Part shown: positions 30,616-45,600 of the stretch, piece by piece
Position numbering within the stretch: the first letter of the stretch is position 1
Layout: each line of letters opens with the position of its first letter
Origin: Antedon mediterranea
Taxonomy: Eukaryota; Animalia; Echinodermata
NCBI RefSeq assembly: GCF_964355755.1
Contig: NC_092672.1
Coordinates: 558,001-622,000, forward strand
Direction: 5' to 3'
Length of the DNA stretch: 64,000 bases
Notes under the pieces: model-generated
The model's input: only the letters and a program-made list of their open reading frames with translations
The model's database searches: none
What the model was told of the DNA's origin: nothing
Program-made: the position numbers and the translations under genes

Positions 30616-33600
30616 TCACTCTTGCATCGCTTGCCTTACACAAGCAGCAAGCAGTTCTTCTATGACCTCACCATCAGTGTCTTCGTCGATGTTGATTTCC
30701 TGAAAAACAAAAACTTCATGTTAATAGTGCATTACAATAGTGCCTAGTGTTTTATAATAGTCAATACTGTATTTAAATAGTTTTGTGGCATCACTGATAA
30801 TGTACACTGATAAGCATGAACTAAGTACCTCTTCATTTATAGACTTAAGTAGTTGTGCAACCATCCTCTGGAATGACTTTAGCCTTGTGGATGCTGTTTC
30901 TGCCATTTTCTTCTTCTCAAAAGCTTCATGTTGAAATGTACCAACCAACTACAATATAACATATAAAAAGACTTATTAATAGGGAGCTTATGTTCATTAG
31001 TTATCCGCTTAGTAGCGGATAACTCCTTGTAACTGTATGAAATCATCTTTTTCTGTATTATTAGTTATCCGCTTAGTAGCGGATAACTCCTTGTAACTGT
31101 ATGAAATCATCTTTTTTTTTCACGTGAAATTGTGCACCTCCTATTGTGAATGACGTCAGAATTGCGCAACGTGATTTACGCGCGTTTTAACGAATTTCGC
31201 GTATTTAACATAGATCGAAAACCATATAGCAATTTAAATTGAAACTTAACAAAAGTTTAATTTATATCTTGCGCTAACGGACTGTAGGAAAAAAATGGTA
31301 TGTTCCACACGAAGTTACGCGCGCACGGGCGTTTAAAATTTTAAAATGCGAAAAATCAATTTCTAATCAACTTTCTACGTGTTTCATGTCATTTTGAGCA
31401 TGTCAAAAATTCCCACGCGCGCGTATATTTTTACTCGCACGGTGCGCACGTAGCGTTGAAAATAAAATTTTTTTGCGTGATTCATGTTTTTCCAGCCTTT
31501 TCTAGTAATTTTACCAACTTTTGAACAATTTTGACCTAAAATTACGTCATACGGGCACATCCAATTGGATAATTTACGTGCGTTTTTGATGAAAAAGTTC
31601 AAAAATTTGTCAAAATTCGTCAAAATTATGCCTTTTTTTAAACATTCATAGATTCTAAACTACGAGGTGAACTTTTTTTAGATTATATATTCTGGAAGTT
31701 GATGAGTTTTAGATATAGAATCATGCATTAATATGGCTAATCGGACATTATAAGTTCATCGTATGGCCACGCGAATATAAAATATAGGATTTTTATATCT
31801 TTCGTCATAGCGCATCACATTTAATAGAGCGCATCTCCACTTATCCGTTTTTTATTTTCACCCCGATTTTGATATTGTCTAGGTAAACGAACTATCTTTC
31901 GCATGAGTTAAAAATATTTTAATTTTTATGACGTCATCATGTCGAAAATTGTAAATAACGTGGGTGACTTATTTTCATCTTTACAGTAAATTTCAATCTG
32001 TTATAGCTCATCAGAATAAAAAGTGATAATCATGATTAAAACGTTTTCTGGAAGCTAAGGGATTGTAGATACGAATTCATGTAAACATTTTGCCAATCGG
32101 ATGTTGTGACGTCATCATATGGCCAGTTGAATAAAAAAAGGCGTATTTTCATATTTTGCGTAATATTTCATCACATTTAAAAGGGCGCGCATCTATATTT
32201 CACGTATTCAAATTTCTTCTACTCACTAATATGTTGTTGCTGAGATAATATCCTTCCGAAATTGTTATTTTAGTGTTTCATTTTGATACCGTCGCCATGT
32301 TAAAAAATTGAATAAATGGCGGGTCCCGTAATTTCCCCTATTCTACACTGTATGTAATATGTATACAGATTATACTGTTTATACTGTACTATATGACACA
32401 AAATTGATAGAATTCAGCACTAACAACATATTATATTCTTCAGATCAGGTCATAATTCCATAATCTTTTTCTGTGTGCAAAATTCTAACGCATGACGTGC
32501 ACGTGGCGTTTGTCGTGCGGATAACTAACTCGTCAAAGTGACGAGTTTCATGTCTAGTTTTCTTTGTGCTTGTGCAGGGATTCCAACAAAAAGGCAACTC
32601 AATAAATATTTATCAGGTAATGAATTGCATAAAGCCTGTAGCCAAGACTATACATACATCTCGTAATCCTTTCTCATAACTGTCAAAGAACTTCTCCAAA
32701 TCAAATTCACCAACTTCTTCTAGTGACAATTTATTGATGTCATCTTTGCTCATCACCCAGTTTGGTGGCAAGAAATATCTTAAGCATTTCCTAAAATAAA
32801 ATAGATTACCATATAAAATGAAATATATGGGTAAAATAATGCAATGCTTTAAGGCTAATTTACGCAGAAGAGCGATAGCTGTAAGCCGCATAGCTTGTCC
32901 CACATGGAATCTGTATCTATCCCAAGCGGAAACCGCCCATCCGCTTCGCGTTGTTTGTAAATAGTCACAAGGAATGACATAGATTCTATATTTTTATTCA
33001 TGTTACCGCTTGTCTGTGTAAATTGGCCTTTAGAATGAAAATATATATAAACTACAGTATTTACAATTGTCGTTTGGATGGAAACATCAATGGCATGGAC
33101 ATCGATTACTGATTTGCTAATGCATTGGCATGAGAAAACCTACCTATAACTCTTAGAGATTGTATCAACCAGCGCAGCCTTAGCCACTAACTCATCTATC
33201 TCTTCCTTTGTGTAACCATGCTGTGCACCCGAAGCTGACGGGGTTGTAGTGGTAGCAGGAGACTCAGTAGTAGTGGTTGTGGCAGGCTGAGTTGTGGTCG
33301 CCATAGCTTCCTTTATAACTTCATCTTCCTTCATTTCAAAATCTTCTATCGTTTTTCTATCTTTTTTATCTTCTGTTGTTGACACTTCCATTGTTTCTTC
33401 AATTATTTGTTTTTGTTCTTCGTTTTCTTTCTTCTCAATTTCTTCTTTTCCAGATTTTAAAATTGGCGATACTTTGAATTTATCCTAGTAATAAGATTTT
33501 TTTTTATAATCATAGTAAGTAATACACAGAAAACATCAATAACAAAAAGATGGAGGTGAAGAAATGCAAGTTCATCACACAAAACAATGTTCAATAATTT

Positions 33601-36600
33601 AAATTAAAGTTTTACTATCTTACTAATTACATTTAAATTAAGTTATAAAAAAAAAACAAATGATTTCAAGACATACCTCTAAAATACGCAAATTTTTATC
33701 TGTTCTCTCATACCTGAAATAGTAAATTAAACATAATAATTAAGGCCATAACACTGAGATTTCAGAAAATGAATAATTGTCCGATTTATTTATTGATTGA
33801 AATAAAGAAAAGAGTCGTTACCATTTGTCAAATTTATCCTTAGGATGCTTGTCAAATTTCACCTTTACTTTGGATTTACTGGAATGTGTGATTCTCCCAG
33901 AATGCCACACACCATTTATGTTGGTCTCTACTTTGCATCCAATTTCTAATAAGATATAAAAAAACAAGTTTGCAAGTCTCCATAAATAGCCTCTCAAGAA
34001 AACTACTCATTTTTTTAAAAACTTGTTTGAACCTCCAGCCTACTTTTTTAAAGAAATTAAACCAAGAACTTACCCTCAGCCTCGTCATCATTGCTTGATA
34101 CACAGGAAGAGTCCACTTCCTGTTCTTTTGTTGCCTTGATAGGATCTTTAGTGGTCTTCACAGCACGCTACACATAATAATAATAAATAATAATACTTTA
34201 CTAATACTGAACTTCCATTTGCCATACACTATTTATTGGCCACGACCTTCCATATGAAATTGCATTAAAAGGTTAAAAAAATATTTTAAAATGATCTAAA
34301 ACACAACAGGAAAAATATCAAATTTGCTTTATTTACCTGTTTTGGTTTTTCTTCTTTTTTCTTCTTGGGAGGTTCAATCTCTTCCTACCAAGTAAAAATT
34401 CATTAACATAAATTAATATAGGTATATTTAAATTAAATTTAATACGAAATATTATATAATATAGCATAAAAATATTTGTTCATAATTACATCACTACTGG
34501 ATTCAGAACTTGATGATTCCTCTGATGTCTCAACCCGAGTCCTTTTCAAGGACTTAGTACTGGCCAAGATTGTTGCTGTTTTCTAAATTAAAAATAATGG
34601 AAAGTTGCAATTCTACAATTAATATTCTGCAACTAAAAATAATACTTTTGCAACTCAATACTAACTTGAATTTTTAAATACAACAATAGAAATACTTACT
34701 TTAGGTTGTGGTTTCATATCTAAAGATTTTCGTTTGGCAAGTTGTGCTTTTGATGGAACTGTCCTAGATGTGGTTGATGATTTTCTTTGATTAGTTGGCG
34801 TTGAGGGCAATGATCTTGACCTTGAGTACTCCACTGATTGGCCGCGTGAATTGCTTATTACTGGTGAGGCCTTTCCAACTGGTTTGGAAGATTGCTATAC
34901 AAAAAAAGTTTGATCAAACACGATTTTAAATGGTTTACTTTACTTATCCAAGTACTATACTTTAATATGACCTATGACATTATGAATGTTACTTTAGTAC
35001 TGGCACTAATCGTTTACTTTACTAGGTACTTTTTAAATTGACCTATGACATTACGAATGATACTTACTTTAGTACTGGCACTAATCATTTACTTTACAAG
35101 GTACTTAAATTGACCTATGACATTAAGAATGTTACTTACTTTAGTACTGGCACTAAATACTGAGTTAGCTTTACCAATAGGTTTGGAAACAGTAGCTGCT
35201 GCAGAAGACTGTTACAAAAACAAAACTTTGAATTATACATTATGAAATGCAGAAGATGGTAGAAAATCATGTTATTTGCTATCTTTTGTATTAGAATGTT
35301 TAACTGCCCTCCACTCCTCCCTTTTGTATTAGAATGTTTAACTGCCCTCCACTCCTCCCTTTTGTATTAGAATGTTTAACTGCCCTCCACTCCTCCCTTT
35401 TGTATTAGAATGTTTAACTGCTCTCCACTCCTCTCTCCACTCCTCCCTCCACTCCTCCCTCCACTCCTCCCTCTTGATCAGCCTATGTAAATGATACTAT
35501 ACCTTTTGTATCCTGCTTTCTTGATAACGTGGTGCAACTACTACAGTTGTGTCATCACTGTCTAAATCATGCCTTGATGTCACAGAACGAAATTTCTATA
35601 CAAAAAAAAGTATTTTATGTATATTTTACTAATTATTATTATCAACTTATAAACTTACAGGCATAATCATAAAGAGAAAATCTAAAACATCCAGTGAAAA
35701 TTGGAAAAATACAATTTTTGTGTACAAAATTAAAGCAGTAATTTACCTGCATACTATTGAGTTTTTCTTGTTTCTTTCTAATATCCTGCAAATAAAGATT
35801 AACAAAGTGTTCATACACACTGTGTTCAAACCTGAGGCAGATAAACAATAAAGATTAACAAAGTGTTCATACACACTGTGTTCAAACCTGAGGCAGATAA
35901 ACAATAAAGATTAACAAAGTGTTCATACACACTGTGTTCAAACCTGAGGCAGATAAACATCATTTAAACACTCGGACTAAAAATCCTTAGTTTCACTATC
36001 TTAATGCACACACTCATATTCTGTATACTGTATATAAATATCTTTATTAATATTTCTAAGTTTGCAAGAAACCACAAAATGAAACATTCTTGAGCTGGGT
36101 TGTTGTATTCTACCTGTAACTGATTAATTAATTTGCATATTTGCCCCTGTATGTAAATGAACTACACACCTCGTTAAGTTTCTTCTTTTTTTCTTCTGCT
36201 GTTTTATTATCCTTCTTTAGAACGCCTATTGGAATGTTTACTTTCTGCTCAGCAGATGCACATCTAGAATAAAACAGAATTGTGAATAGGTTTAGTATGG
36301 TTACAACAACTAACTAGCTAGCTACAGTGGCTCTATTTACTGTTTAATAAGAACCCCACCTGTTATGAGTTGGATCAGGATTTTGAGTACAAGTCCAGTC
36401 TTCATCAAATTCTTTGTTGATGTTACTGCTTGAGAATTGTAATAGACGCCATTTCAGACAAGAATCTGAGGAGGAAAGAAAATAAAGCATAATAATGTCA
36501 TATCAGGATAACCCTTTAAACTACAAAGTGGTCTTAAAACATTTAAAATATTACAATTGTGAAAAAAAGAAGAAATATTTATAAAGACACAAAAAGGAGG

Positions 36601-39600
36601 GAATGATTAATAAAGATAATATGAATTTGAAAATACTGTAGTGTCTGTGTACTTACCACACTGAAGCATGGTTTGGAGCTGCATTGCTCTCTTGCGTAAA
36701 TACTTCGAATCATTTGAAGGCATGTCCTTCCAGTTGCTACTAATGTAACCAAAATCTTCCCAGTATTTTGTAACACCTTGAGAAGCTGGGAAAGAATGTG
36801 AATTTATATAAGTTGTCAAGCCAAGAAAGAAAGAAAATGAGTACTTCTAATGATTTTAAGGTGAACAGAATACCAACCAAAGCTCATTGTGCAATTGTTA
36901 CGAAATTAAACAAAAGATTTTAAACTTTATCAATAATAACCTAAATTATTGTTTTCCTCTAAGTTCAAGAAGACATAATTGAGACTTTACCTATAGCTGT
37001 ATCCCTCCAATACTGCACCATGTGTTCTCCCATTGCTTTCAGTAACAGTCTGTACTCTTTCCTATCTTCAAAATTCTGCTTATTATGAGTTGGTTCTAAC
37101 ACTAAGTAAGGTACATCTACATAGCCTAATACACCGCTACAGTTTCTGTTAAACCAAACCAGAATAGTTTTAAAAATTACATTTCCTTACACATTTATGG
37201 GTGATATGTAAGTGTATACAGGATTTATATATTACTGTGTAAACTGTTCATTGGATGTCTATGTTCTTGTTTTGTGTGAATCTAACCATGTTTATAGCTC
37301 CATGATCTAACGTTTACTCAGTTTATCTGGTTAAGCAAGTATACTTAATACACTAAGTACCGTACAGTGTGTTTTTTATTGACACAAGTAGTTCTGTAGC
37401 TTGTCTAATAGCATCCTATCTTTGTTTAACTACTCTTTCACAAGAACCTTCAAAGCAGTACATGTAAAATCATGGTTTGTCATGGTTTACTGTTACTGTT
37501 CCTATCTAAATATGTTGTGTGGTTATTAATGTTTATTTGCATTCAAATGTTCTTACACTCCTCCCTCCAGCTGTGGTCCAACTTTCTCATACATTTTAAT
37601 TAATCTACTACAATTGTATATAAAGAGGCCATCATGTTTCCGGTTTTCAATGTTCATTCCATAAACAAAACTCAGAGTTTTTGGTTCTTTTAATGATTTT
37701 TGTTTTCTTGTAGCAATTTCTTTCTTTTGATTGGCTTCTTTACGTCTATCTGCTGCTTCATGTTGGGCCTTCCGTAACATTGCCTGAAATATTTAGAAAA
37801 AATTTATTTTTTAAATAATTTAGGTTAAATTGATTAGTTTAGATTTTTAATTATGGCTCTATTCAAGTTTTTATTTAAAAATGTAAATGAACTTAAGAAA
37901 GTAATTTTACCATTTTTTCTTTTCCATCAACATGTGCAATTTTCTTTTCAAGGTCTCTAGCGGTGCTTTCAGCTTCCCTCGCTCTTTCTTCACCTGCCAA
38001 AAAGAAATCCAAATAGTAGCTCAATAATTAACCAGGGGTTTTGTAGAAACTAAAAGCCTACTACTGTGTACCAGTGCTTGCCATGACTCATCACATGAAA
38101 CTAGATAAACATAAATATCTTTTGTGTAGATTCTATTACTGTTTCTTTTGGTTTCTATTTTTCTATAGCAAAATATCCAAGATAAAATTTAAAAGACTTA
38201 CACAATTTTGCTTCATTGACAGCTTTGGCCGTTTCAAGTTCAGACCTTGTTTTAAATCGAGTTGAAGTGTATTTGTATTTTCTGGAAATAAAGATAACTA
38301 TCTTTAAAAACTATTTTTCAATAATATTGGAAAAATACATACAAAAGTCTTTAAAAGACAAGTGATACCAAGGATAACTGCTTCAAAAACTGTAACCACC
38401 GAGAAACATTTCGTAAATTATAATGTAAGAATCAGAACATTAGGTTAAGTTTAGTATTTTAAAAAGTCCCAAAGTCATTCCTATTTTAAGATATTGAATG
38501 CATCCTTTATGTTCTTGTTTTGAATAACTATAAATCAAATGTTTACTCAGTTAATGATCTACCATACCAGAATCTAAGAAAGTAAACTTTACACAATTTA
38601 AGTAAGTTACCTTGGTTTGTGTAGACAACTGGCAAGGTGCTTTGTTCGTACTTTCTTGTTTTGTAAGTATATCTTCATTTTTGGCTCTACATAAAGCACT
38701 GCTGCATAAGCTCTGAATGACCTTCTTTCTGGATAAACCCTTCAATTCATAAGTAGACACATTGGAAAATACAGTACATCACATCTATTTTAATTTCTGT
38801 AGTTTTTAGAATGATATTGTTGTATCCATCACCATACAATTACAATTACAGAGGATCTCTTTTGTCACAGTCTTTTAAAAAGTTTTAGTTGATTCTTTCA
38901 CTAGCTTTTTCATTGAATATACAAACACAAATCAACCTGTGTAGGCATCAAAATACTTACCCATCATCATCAGTAGGTGTGTCTCCACCTCCCATCACAA
39001 TATCTGTTGTATCAGTAGAGATGTCCAGTTCAGGATCACCATTGTCCAAAAGTTTCAAGTTGTATATTATGACTAGGGTTCCAGATCGACCTTTGATCTT
39101 ACTAAACTGTTCAAACACTTCCTCCTCGGTCTTGAATGGTGAGTATTTTAGAATAAGATCCATTTCTATTCTGTGCTGTTTTAGAATTGTTAATTTATAG
39201 CAAATGATGAAATCAACTCTTTTTAAAAGTATACATTAGGAATGGATTAAAAAACAAGTTTTCAAGAGATTATTTGTGTTTATCCAAACCAATAGAGGTC
39301 TTTTCTATGAATTTTAACGAAATCTTTTTAATTGGAGGAAGAATTTTGCAATAAAAATATTAAGGAAACAAACCGACAAATATTTATAGCTCTAAAATAA
39401 AAATTCCGGATACAAGAATGAAATCACACAATGATTCACCTTTGACCTTGACAGCTTTGAAAGACATCAAAGTCAAATAATCTTTCCAACTGGTTAATAT
39501 GGTAAAATAATCATTCAGAAGAAGCAGAGATAAGAAAATATATACTGTAGCCTATTTCCTCTTCCAAGTACTGTACTAATAAGAATATTCATACCATAAT

Positions 39601-42600
39601 AAACTATACACAACAGTACTACAGTCTTTAAAGTAATTAAACTATTTAAACTCTGATGCCATTTATTCACCCTTTGGTCTAAAAGCATTTTTGAAGAATA
39701 GAATTTTTAAAGTACATTATTTATTCTTAATTTTATTATTATTGGTAACCATGGAGTAATGTTGCTAACAAAGAGAGTAATCTAAACCAAATCAATAGAG
39801 ATAATATAAATGACACAAAAGGTCTAGTTTTTATCCAACCAATTGTGCATCATAATAAAAGATTCTCGTGATGATAGACAACCCCCTCATTGTTGTCTGA
39901 AATACAATACAACAATAGGAGAAAGCAAGGTTGTGTTGCAAGAACAACGTCCATTGTGAAAGTTTGAACTTTAGACTATAAGCACATCGTATTATTGTGT
40001 TCTTAAAAATTAAAATGGCAGGATATTGCAAAGAGTTTCGTTTTCAACTTGTTCCAATAACCTATAAACACGCTGTTTATAAATGTTACTTTGATTGACT
40101 GTGACTTAACTGAGAGTTTTGTTTATTAAGCTTGGTTCCTACTAATGACGCAACGCAACCTACGCGCAACGTAAGACAATGCCCTTCCAATAATTGTGTT
40201 GTCCCTACCTGCGTAAGATAAAACATGCGATGTTTGCAGCAGGGTCGCGTCGTCGGTTCCCACTTGTGATTGCGCAATACAGCACTTTGCGTTGATACGT
40301 CGTTGCATGCATTGCATCGCTAGTGGAAACCACGCTTTATGATTACGCAATACAGCACTTTGCATTGCGTCGCTAGTGGGAACCACGCTTTACTTACTTT
40401 TAGCTTTTCAGTGTGTGTCCTTGAAATCGTCTTCTTAGTTTTGACGTCAAATGACGGTAAGGGTACAATGACCTCGTCAATTTTTTCTTGTTCGTGAAAT
40501 GTTCTTGATAAGAACAAGCAGGTCATCGTGTCGGCCTTCTTTGTGAACAAGATAAAGTCTTTTCCTATTCTCATGGACCCGCTGTAAATAATAAGGAAAC
40601 TTGTTCTTTAAAATCAATTATACTGACGTGCACTGCGACAAAGGATCGGAAATATTCGGCTTTATATATTATAAAATCGCGCGTAACTTACGCTGCGCGT
40701 CTAACATTATTACAGTACTAGGCCTAGTTACTACAACATTCTATTCTATCAGTAAAATGCTTTGATAGTTAATATCAATTATTTCCGTTCGTGTATTTTT
40801 TTTTAAGCTGATCTAACAGCGACTGACTAACTTACGATTTTAATCCATTTCCATATTGACCAATTGAGAACAGATCAGAGTTACGTTTAGTGGACTTTCC
40901 AAATTGGATAACATTTGCAGCTTCCTCTGAGAAGAAAAACAACAATCAACGCCGGATTTAAGCACTTTTCTTCTGCTTGAACCTGCTTCTGTCATGGTAA
41001 TTACTCCATGCTCCAACTAAGGCTTATCATATATTTGTTATATTATAGGGTGATCCAGGGGCGTTCATGTCCTGTTTATTGTTATTGCGTGTCGTTTAGT
41101 CGACCTGGTACAGTAGGGACCTACTGCTGCAGCAGATAATTTGTTTAAATCTATTTTTCTATGTAACAATCTTCCCTTCCAAAACCGAGGATCCGCCTCA
41201 TTTATTGCATCGAATAGCCTACAATTTATTTTCTTAAATATTTATCATTCATTCATGAGTTATTTTTACAAAGATTTCCCGGTTTCTATATTATAAAAAT
41301 ACGAATGTATTTTGCTGTATGACTTCCTGCTGCAACAAAACATTATATATTTCTAATACAACAAAGAAGCCTAATTATATTACAATATTCATCGAGTATA
41401 TATTTATATATCGAGTCATGAACGACTCACTAGTGACACGTGTATTATCTAAGGTAGGCTAATTCCACGTGGAGCTAGCTGGAAGAAGAATACGTGTCAC
41501 GTCACGAATGCACGCACAACTTACCTGGGTTCATACCAATGCCGTCGTCAAGGAAACAAAGCATATAACCGCCACGAAGATCTTCGTTTTGAACTGCCAA
41601 TGAATAAATTAATACAATGTTTAGGTCACGTGTATTGACCCACGTATGAACATTTATTGCAATATCTATATGTAAGTCGCCACTGAGCAAAACAAAGACA
41701 AATGTTACATCGGGATTAATAAACTTATTCTCGATCTTCAAACAAGAGCATCTTCATCAGGTTTAAATTAATTGACGTAATTAATATTTAAACGAGTTGC
41801 AGTAAACGCGCTTAGCATGCGTATATTTAACGGAATGGGTAATGATTATTAGACGGCCTGTGGGTCCCACTCTGGTCATACAGGATTTGGGGCTCAGGAG
41901 AAACTATGACAGAACGTACAAGATTTATTATGTAGGAGAATTTATTTATTTCCTCTGTATCCCTAGGCTTACTTATGTGCCATTTCTGCTAGAAGGAAAA
42001 CTGAATTAAATAAATTAATCAACCACGATACAACACATAAAACAAGCATACTGCATTATTATTAGTAAATGCCCTAAAGACATACACGTTTGTACTATCT
42101 TGCTTTATCGGGAAAATACCGCCGTTAGTCTCTCGTAATACACATCAGTATTTTATTACACTGCGTATTTTTTTGCTAACTAATCATGTTTACCAAATCG
42201 ACAACACAAATTATTTTTTTGTCGGTTTATATCAGATCAGTTCCTGTTGTAATAATTACGTACACGTGACATGTTATTCTACTGCGTATGCCTGCCTTGT
42301 TTACACAGCATGTACGAAGACGTAAGCGCAACGCAAATATTCACGCGATGAGTCTCGTCGTGATTGGTCAAATTACTTAGGTTGGCCTCGCATGCTTGCG
42401 TTGCGGCCTCGTAGGAACTATAACACTTGGTTCCAACTAGAGACGCAACACAAGGATGATGGATTATTCGAACATTGGTCAACAAGCTTGCGTTGCGTTT
42501 ACGTCATTGCGTTACGTCCTAGTGGAAAGCAACTTGTAATACATTTTCCGTTCCTAATGTACATCTACATTTGAGATATTGCGCTAGTGACGGTTATTTA

Positions 42601-45600
42601 TTATCAACCATTTCATTCTCACAATCCATAGGTCATTATAAGAAATATATATTCTTGTTTTGATCAATCTGTTCTTCCTATAGAATATCAGATTTTACAT
42701 GACATGAAAAGTTGGTAAAGAGTTCATCGCTATCGAACGCACGCTATCAATTTCATCTTCTTCAATTTCATCATCAGAATCATCAAATGCCTCACTTGCC
42801 GGTCATTTATGAATTCTACATACAACTGGTTACTTTTCGACTTCTGGTGCCATAATGCGATACAATATGCAAAATTCTCCAAAAATTTCATCTGGTTTCA
42901 AGTGAATATTTAAAAATAAATGTTAACTTTTTTGATAGCAAGTAAGTAAGTACTGTACTTGGTAACTGGTTTATCAAAAAAGTTAACATTTATTTTTAAA
43001 TATGCAAAATCAGCATAAAATACGCATGTGATCGTGCATTTACCAATAACAAACCATCGGACACTATGAACTCCTAACACAATTCTATTCACGATGCTGT
43101 AGGCTGTACTGTGGATATTTCTTTGATCGGGCCACTAATCTACTCCATGGTTCATTTATTTTCAAAGACTGCATGAAAATTATCAACCAACCTTGCCAAC
43201 ATTTCTGGGGCTTTTTTTTCATAACAAAAGAAGACTCAGACAGGAATGTGTTCAATCACAGAGAAATATACTACGTCATTGTGCAATGCTGTTGCTGCTT
43301 GTACAGTACTGCAAATGTTTTTTTAAATATATTTTCCACGTTAAATAATAACGTTTACCTACGAAACACGGGCTTGTACAAAGTTTAATACAGTACCGGG
43401 CGGTACACATCCTAAGTAATTACTAAGTAATGAATTCCAGATGAGGTTCATTGGGTCCACATTGAACGTAATCCACTGTATTCATTTTCTTTAGATCTTG
43501 CTATTGTAGGCCTAATGTATGCCGAGTTTTCTAATCAGTTCCTCATTCTTGACCTCTGCCATTTGCTCGATCCAATAGCTAAATCAATTCTTGTAAGTTA
43601 GTCAATCTCGGCGCTTGTGTTCACTCAGGCCTACGCCTATGATCAGTAGGCATATAGTATGTCTATGATCAGTAGGCCTACGCCTGTGAAAAAGGGACTA
43701 CTATTTTGTATGTTTATTTCCAACATTAATACAGTACAACATAAAAAAGTCAAAGGGTTTTTTTTTCGTTTTTTTTGTGAACATTGCGAAATGAAACAGT
43801 CAGTTATTACAACACGTAAGCTTAACTACTCCCAAAGAACTTAATTTCAGTAGGGGCCCTACTAACCAAAAAGTATTTCAGAGGTTTACGATTGGTTTTT
43901 GCATAACCTCGTAATCATCAATCTTATCTTGTTGACGAGCGTATTTATATTACACCAGTATGTTTATTTTTAAATATTACAATGCAATGTTCGTACAGTG
44001 CAAATTAACTGATCTCCGTCGCCTATTTGTTCATGTTGTATAATTCCTTATCAACGTTATGTGCTTGCCCTTTTTTTCTGATTGCATTAAAAAGAGTCAG
44101 TTTCGTACATTATTAGCTTTACATAAATCATGAATGATTCCACCGAACTTATGAGTTAAAATAACTATAGTGAGGCATTTAATGAGGCAAACTGCCTTAA
44201 AATGTGACATGTTTCGAGAAACTATTCTCATCATCAGAACAGAAAACAACGCCTAGAGTACTTATATACCAATAGAACAGGTATTAGCTTACTTTTTAAA
44301 TACAGTACTTACCAGTAAAGATATCCATGCATGTTGCTCCAGCATCTCTGTTGAAAAATACATGTTATCGTCACTTTTATTTCTGTAAATCCACATTGTA
44401 GGCCTACTAATCTAATACATAAACAAGTACTACAGCCTAATAATACAGTACATTCGGTTCATTTTCTAAACAACGCAAGTCATGTTAATTATTTTACTTT
44501 TTTTTTAAGTAACCAATAACTTTACCTGGAGTTATCTAACATTTCTGCAAGTGCACCAAACAGAAACTCATGAGTGGTTCTAGAAAATAAAACATGTTGT
44601 TAAGAAGTCGGAATTTCTTGGTTTCCGATTTTTATGATATACAGTATAAGGAAATAACATCGTAATAACTTGACCCTAACCAAGTATGTAAAATAAGAAC
44701 TTATGAAATTAAACTAAACCATGTGGCGGTGGACGTAGAGGCGCTTACAAATTACACAGGATTTTAGCAGTGGTAGTGGGCGTTTATAGAAGTATACGGT
44801 ACTGTATACAGAGTTATAATTTATCAAAAAGTTTGTGTGGTCAAACGTCTTGTATTCAGGGAAAGGAATGGCGTTTACGATCGCGCATGTAGGCGGTACG
44901 GTATTGAACCGTATACGCTACAATAAGATACTAAATTATGGGCAATAAGAGGTATAAAACACAATGTGTAAACTGTAGTCAGACATAACAGTTTTATCAA
45001 CACATATCTACACCAAAACGTGTTTGTACAATGCATGTCTAAATATCCAAGCAGGGTTAAAGTTAAGTTGCCTCGTGATTATCGATCATGCTGAAAGAAC
45101 TGACCGTAAAAATAATCAAACCAGTGTAAAAGAGTGCAAAGTACAAAAGTAAACAAACTATTGTATGAGGGCATGGAGATTAGCTTTCCATGGTTTGGAG
45201 ATTGTGGCCATACAGTATTTATACACCATGTATGAACAGTATTCTATCCATTATGCAGTACTTTACATTACTTAGTAAATTCTTGTATTTGACATACAGT
45301 TCTACAATGCCTGTTTCACAATTACACTATCTAATTATTCTGTCATGCATGGCAACTATCTCAAATGTCAGAGCACATTCACTCATAAAAAAACATTTTT
45401 TAGAAGTAATTACAGGCCTAAATTACTAGACCTGGGTTGAAATATTAATAGGTTAAATAGTCTGTAGACCTATATGCTATAGGATTTCTATCCACGAGTC
45501 CAGATTTACGATTTCTTCTGCTTTGAAAAATGAAAGCACAATTCTTTACGCCATACCTTAATAAATATTATTAAGTTTATTTATATCAAGTCAATGGTGT

